DNA from: Phyllosticta citribraziliensis | Lineage: Eukaryota | NCBI RefSeq assembly: GCF_038025025.1 | Contig: NW_027117340.1 | Location: 124,001-188,000 of the forward strand | Reading direction: 5' to 3' | Length of the DNA: 64,000 nt | Shown here: positions 58,489 to 64,000 of the stretch, one piece after another | How positions within the stretch are numbered: position 1 is the first letter of the stretch | Layout of the letters: each line of letters starts with the position of its first letter | Translations under genes and position numbers: made by a program | The notes under the pieces: model-generated | Told to the model about the DNA's origin: nothing | Database searches by the model: none | What the model saw: only the letters and a program-made list of their open reading frames with translations

Positions 58489-61400
58489 ATGGCATCCATT
58501 CGCTCATTGGGTGTCCACTCACCCGCCGCCCTTCCCTACCTGATCGCCGAAGGATACCTGCCTGAGAATGCGCCGCCCGAGGCCTACACCTGGGACACGT
58601 ACAACGACGATGGCGGCGACGAGGAAATTACCTACACCGACACCTGCGTCGTCTGGGCCCGCGGTGGCATTGTTCGCAAAACCTTCAACTTCTCCGTCGA
58701 ACGGGAAAAGGTGCTGCAGGCCGTCTTGACCTGGTTTCCGTCCGATGAGACGACCTCGAAAAAAGATGGACAGGGAGGCAAGCTTTCCAGAGCTTTGGCA
58801 GTCTTTCTCAAGACTCAGGCGCATATCTTCTTCCTGGCTGGCTCAGCACATGTCGTAAACCTCCCGTTTGAGGTCGAGCGCGTCTTCCCAGCGCCCCGCG
58901 GCCTTTTGATACAGAGAAAGATTTCGACTTTGGATCTTTCTCCTGCCAGTCCGCCTGCACCCACGGCTCCCCCGAATTCCTTCTTTACAAGTCAGCCGAC
59001 CCAGTCTCAATCCTCCCAATTCGCATTCGCCAACGCCTTGACACCTCGACGCTCCCGATCAACCAACTTGACTTCTCTATTCGGCGACCTTTTGAAGTCG
59101 GGAACGAATCCGGTTGCGGATGGCCTTCCCCGTCTTTTCTCGTTTACTGATCCCTTCTCGGAGATGGGCTTGGTGGTAGCAGCTCAGTCGACGTCTATGC
59201 GGGCTTCCTTTTCGGCCAGAAGGTCCGGTTCGAAAACGGTCGAACCGGTAGACAAGGCGGAAGAAGTTCTCTACGTCACGAAGCAGAATGAAGTGCAAAA
59301 CACTGAAGGTTCCACCGACAAGCCTCTCATCTTGGTCGTCACCGCAAACTATGACAAGAGAGCCTATTCTGTATGGTATGCGTCGTACGTTGACCCAAAG
59401 CCTGCATCTGCCAAAAAAGGACGTCGAACTTCCTTCTCCGCAAGCAGGTCGCGGCGTCGAAGTTCTTACAATCCCGGGACCGGTGCTACAACTCCTTTGA
59501 GCACCAGAGGGGGTTTTCGGGAAAGCTTTGGTCCTGGCCGCAGCCAAATGGCCAGCTCATTCAACGGCAGCCAGACGAGGGAGCCCAGTGGAGAGCAGAC
59601 TGCCGAAGAAGCGTTCGCATCGCAGCTTGACCCAGAGACGGATCTCGCCAGCCAACCTAGCAGGGCCTCCAGAAGAGTCAGCTCCTTGATCTCACGCGCA
59701 GACTTGTCTAGCAGTTTTGACAAGTCGGCTTTCCAAGACCTCGCCACCCATCGGTCTGGTCTTCGGGATAGCCTTGGAGTCCATGGGCGAAGAGGCCAGT
59801 CTTTTGGTGGATTTGGCAAGACGAGTATAGGCCCGAGTTCTCGGCCTGTATCGCGCAAGACCAGGGCGTCGACGCCGGGAGACGTGTCCCAGATTAGTCT
59901 GGTCGCAGTATCGCTGGACGACAATCTCGATGACGACTTGGATGACACTTTGGACGACTCTCAGATTCCCGACGAAATTCTGATCGACGACGAGAGCGGA
60001 ACCAGTGGGCTTCAAGAGCCCGTGGCCGGCTTGCGCCGAGAGCTGGTCTTGGTGAAGTTTTCTGAAATTCCTTTTGGAACTTCGGAGAGCATCTTCCGCT
60101 CCTCTGTGAGCTTCAAATTGTCGGTAGGTTGAAGCTCATCGCCTTGGCTATTCTCATGTTGACAACATCTAGGACCAACCTAAGATCTTCACGTTGAGAG
60201 CACCGCAATCCTTTACCGAGTCGGCGACGAACGACGGACGCTTCTTCATCTACATGATGCAAAAATCAAAGGGTGAGCTTGTTGAGCATGAGTTTATTGT
60301 GCAAAGAAGACGGCTCCCTTCGCATGGTCCTGACGGCCCTCGTGGCAAGGCTGACGAGTCATCAATGTTGATTCCGATTGGGATCAATACCCAGCGCCAA
60401 TTGAAGTACGCAGACGCCACAAGGATTTACGACGAGGGTATTGAAAGAGTCCTTGCTCTGAGTAAAGATGGCCCGCTCACCCTTTTTGCCGGCTGGTGTC
60501 CCCGAGCACGTGCGACGCTGGCTCTGCCTGCAAAGCTCAGGATTGTCGATCCTGATGATCTTGGGCTCTCCACAGAGCTTGAGAGCCGGTTGATAGATAC
60601 GCCCAACTTTCAAGAGTTTGCGCATCCTACCTCGACTGGAATCTTCTGTCTCCGCGATGAATCAGGCCACTACCATCGCCTCCAGACGCAGCTTTGGCCT
60701 AGAAATGACATTGTTTTGAGAGTTCTCCGAGTGTGCCGACTCGTGCTGCCGTTCCCACAAGGAGAACACATCTTGGCGATATGGTGGGACATTTCTAGGA
60801 ATCTGCAAGGCGAGACGCGCTTCGACATTGAGTGGGCCTCCATAGTCTCTGCTCTCTTCACATTTGCTGTCAGCAGTATCGATCCACAGTCTGTCCGCCT
60901 CACAGACACATTGCACTCTGTCGACGCTACTCCGAGCAGGCGATCCCACAAGAAAAATAGCTCCGAGGAACCGTTTGATCTCATGTGGCGTTATGTAACC
61001 CAAGACCATGCCGCCAGAACTTGGGACGGCCCAGCATGGGCGTGGGTCGAACAGACGTTGGCGAATGCCTCCACCGGTTTCAAACGAAAGAGCGATTTCA
61101 TACCTTTCTGTGCCAAAACTGCCCGCGAATTTTTGCATCAACCTCTCGGACAGTCTCTCATCTTTGATGCGACCGGTAGGTCAACAAGATCGAAACATTC
61201 AGACTCTCACGCCACTCATCTCCCATCGCTCTTGGTCGCCTTGCATCTATTGCGAGAGGAATCAAAGCTCGACCTCTTGACCAAGGACTTCAAGTCTTCC
61301 GAGACGGGCAATCTCGCACCGGTTCTGGCGCAGTTGGGCAGATGGCTTGATTGGGATTTTTGGGATTGGAGAAATGGCAACTTCTTTGGTCTTGACGGTG

Positions 61401-64000
61401 GAAGTCAAGATCACTGGGTATATGAAGACGGTAGGACGTTGCAGGCCCGACAAGAATGTTGCTGACTTGACCAGATTCAATCACGACCGTTACGCTGCCC
61501 AACTCGCCGTGGGAGAAGCCACCTTCGATATTTGAGTGGCTCGAATCCACTCTGAATCCCCAAGGCTTTCAGAATTTCCCCACGCTCGACATGCTTGTCG
61601 GACAAGCCGACAAGTCCACGACTTCGTTCGCCTCCCAGACCCTTGCCCGGGTTGTGACTGAATTGACGCCTCGCACGGTGGCGCTATGTCTGTACCTCGC
61701 AAAGGTTCGAAAGAGGGACAGGACATCGAGCGCCAAAGTCGAATTGATGATTGGTTCTGGAATCAATCACGGCATGCTCGAGACATTTCCTGCAGCGGTC
61801 GTGGCTGGTATGCACGAGGCGATTGTCGAGTGTCAGGCAAGTCCGCCGACCACGTGGAACGACACACTGCTCGAGATTGTGGGCAGAGAAGACTTGCACA
61901 TGCTGCTGAAACCCCACGCCGAGTGGTCACCAAGCCAGTCGCAGCCGACCAATGCCGTTGCAACTCGCGATGTCCATAGCATTTGCCAGACGGCAGAAGC
62001 AACCGACTCCGTTCAAACATCTTCAGAAGCCGACAGGCACATGATTACTCGACTCATCTTCAGTGAAGACCGAAGATATATCGAAGCACTCCGCTTGCTG
62101 GAGCCCCTGCGACCCGCAGTAGCCGAATGCACACCGGATCCGTCGTGGACAGAAGCACAGCATTTGGACGCCCAGCAGAGCGTCATGCAGTGGGTTATGC
62201 TGCGCACTTTTGCCTTGCCACCAGGGCATTCCATGCTCCAATACGACAGCAAGAGGCCAATGGTGACGGAAAAGTATCCTTTGCACGGATTTACGACGCT
62301 GTGCATAATGAAGCCATTGAACAACACCGTCAGCGCAGACAGGACCACTTATACCGAAGAGAAGTTTGCCTGGGCATTTTTCCACGCCGGCGTCTCTGCT
62401 GGTCTGAGTATCTCAAAGCAGGCCGACGGCATCGACACCTCTTGGATTGCCTTCAACAAGCCACCCGAGCTCAGCAATAAGCATGCCGGTCTCTTGCTTG
62501 GACTCGGCTTGAATGGACACCTCAAGAAAGTGGCAAAGTGGCTCTCGTTCAAGTACCTCACCCCCAAGCACAGCATGACGTCGATCGGTCTGCTTCTCGG
62601 CCTTTCCGTATCGTACATGGGCACCATGGATACGCTCGTCACGCGGCTATTGTCTGTTCACGTCACTCGAATGCTGCCTCCTGGCGCTGCCGACCTGAAC
62701 CTTCCTCCCCTCGCGCAGACTTCAGGCCTCATGGGCATTGGGCTGTTGTATTTGAATACACAACACCGTCGGATGAGCGAGATTATGCTTTCCGAAATCG
62801 AGCACGTCGAGCTTGAAGATCCGTCAGCGCCGAGGTACAACGTCAAAGACGAGGGCTACAGGCTGGCAGCTGGGTTCGCGCTTGGCCTCATCAACCTCGG
62901 ACAGGGCAACGATCTGAAAGGTCTCCACGACATGCGCCTGGTCGAGAGATTGCTGACGGTGGCGGTCGGACCACGTCCAGTGGATGTCGTCCACGTCCTC
63001 GACCAAGCAACAGCCGGAGCCGTCATTGCAGTTGCTCTCATTTTCATGAAGACGAACAACTGGTCCGTGGCTCAAAGAATTGATGTTCCCGACACGCTGC
63101 CCCAGTTCGACTACGTTCGGCCAGACATGTTCCTTTTGCGCACATTGGCGAGACACCTCATCATGTGGGACGACATTCGAGCAGACCACGCATGGATTTT
63201 GAAGAACCTGCCGCCAGAGTACGAAGTCAACCACACTCTGAAGCAGATCAAGGTGCTCCGCAGCGAGTACCTGCCTTTCTACAACATCGTGGCTGGCCTT
63301 TTGTGGAGCATTTCCCTCAGGTACGCAGGCACCGGAGACGTCCAGGTCCGCGACTTTCTCGTCGAATATCTGGACCAATTCATCCGCATCTGCCACCTCC
63401 CTGCCATGCGGTACGACGCCCGCCTGACCCGCCACACAGTCCGTAACTGCCAGGACCTGATAGCACTGGCAGCGGCCACGGTCATGGCCGGTACAGGAGA
63501 CATTGTCGTCTTTCGACGGCTGCGTCTGCTGCACGGCCGCATCAGTCCCGACGTGCCGTACGGCTCGCACTTTGCGGCGCACATGGCCATCGGTGCCCTA
63601 TTCCTAGCCGGAGGCAGCTACACATTCGGGACGACGAACCTGGCCATCGCTGCGCTCGTGTGCGCCTTCTACCCGCTCTTCCCGACCGACGTGCTCGACA
63701 ACAAGGCGCACCTGCAAGCGTTCCGGCACTTTTGGGTGCTGGCATCTGAGCCGCGCTGCCTCATCGTGCGCGACGTCGAAACGCACCGCGCCATCTCGCT
63801 CCCCTTTGTGCTGCAGCTGCGCGACGGCAGCGTCGAGGAGCGCACCGCGCCCTGCCTGCTGCCCAACCTCGACACCGTCGCCAGCCTGCGCACGGCGTCG
63901 CCCGACTTCTGGCAGGTGACGCTCGACTTCGCCGCCAACGCCGCGCACCGTGGCGCCTTTGGCCGCTCGCAGACGATCCACGTGCGCCGGCGCCCTGCGC
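58489..64000 (+). CDS. APC1: Anaphase-promoting complex subunit 1 (BimE/Cut4/APC1), 3'-truncated by the window; exons 58489-60123, 60173-61430, 61475->64000
   Basis: MASIRSLGVHSPAALPYLI, VVNLPFEV..VFPAPRGLLIQR, LLVALHLLREESKLD, WAFFHAGVSAGL, HAGLLLGLGLNGHL, PC-repeat region (GYRLAAGFALGLINLGQG), YGSHFAAHMAIGALFL, HLQAFRHFWVLA. Confidence 0.96.

Overview
Eukaryotic, intron-containing DNA from a filamentous ascomycete. Short GT-AG introns with CTRAC branch points, high GC3 coding regions and microsatellite-rich intergenic spacers suggest a Dothideomycete-like fungus (inference only). I reconstructed 19 protein-coding genes by hand, and all complete models close in frame. Housekeeping and regulatory genes: cytosolic serine hydroxymethyltransferase, metacaspase, white collar-1, mitochondrial ribosomal protein uS2m, a YMC1-like mitochondrial carrier, eIF2A, Nup37 and APC1 (truncated at the window end). 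There are also three proteins of unknown function. The most interesting items are three. (1) A compact four-gene candidate aromatic/lactone catabolic cluster at 2.6-9.0 kb: a non-canonical homogentisate-dioxygenase paralog with Glu at the His365-equivalent site, an MBL-fold lactonase/lactamase, a presequence-less beta-hydroxyacid dehydrogenase and a group A flavin monooxygenase. (2) Two tandem spliced ~100-aa microprotein genes not recovered intact by the ORF track, both ending in the same C-x-R-C-G-x6-[C/H]-hydrophobic-stop motif. (3) A gene-poor island with a small Cys-containing protein and a mucin-like secreted protein. I saw no rRNA, tRNA, CRISPR array or intact transposon.
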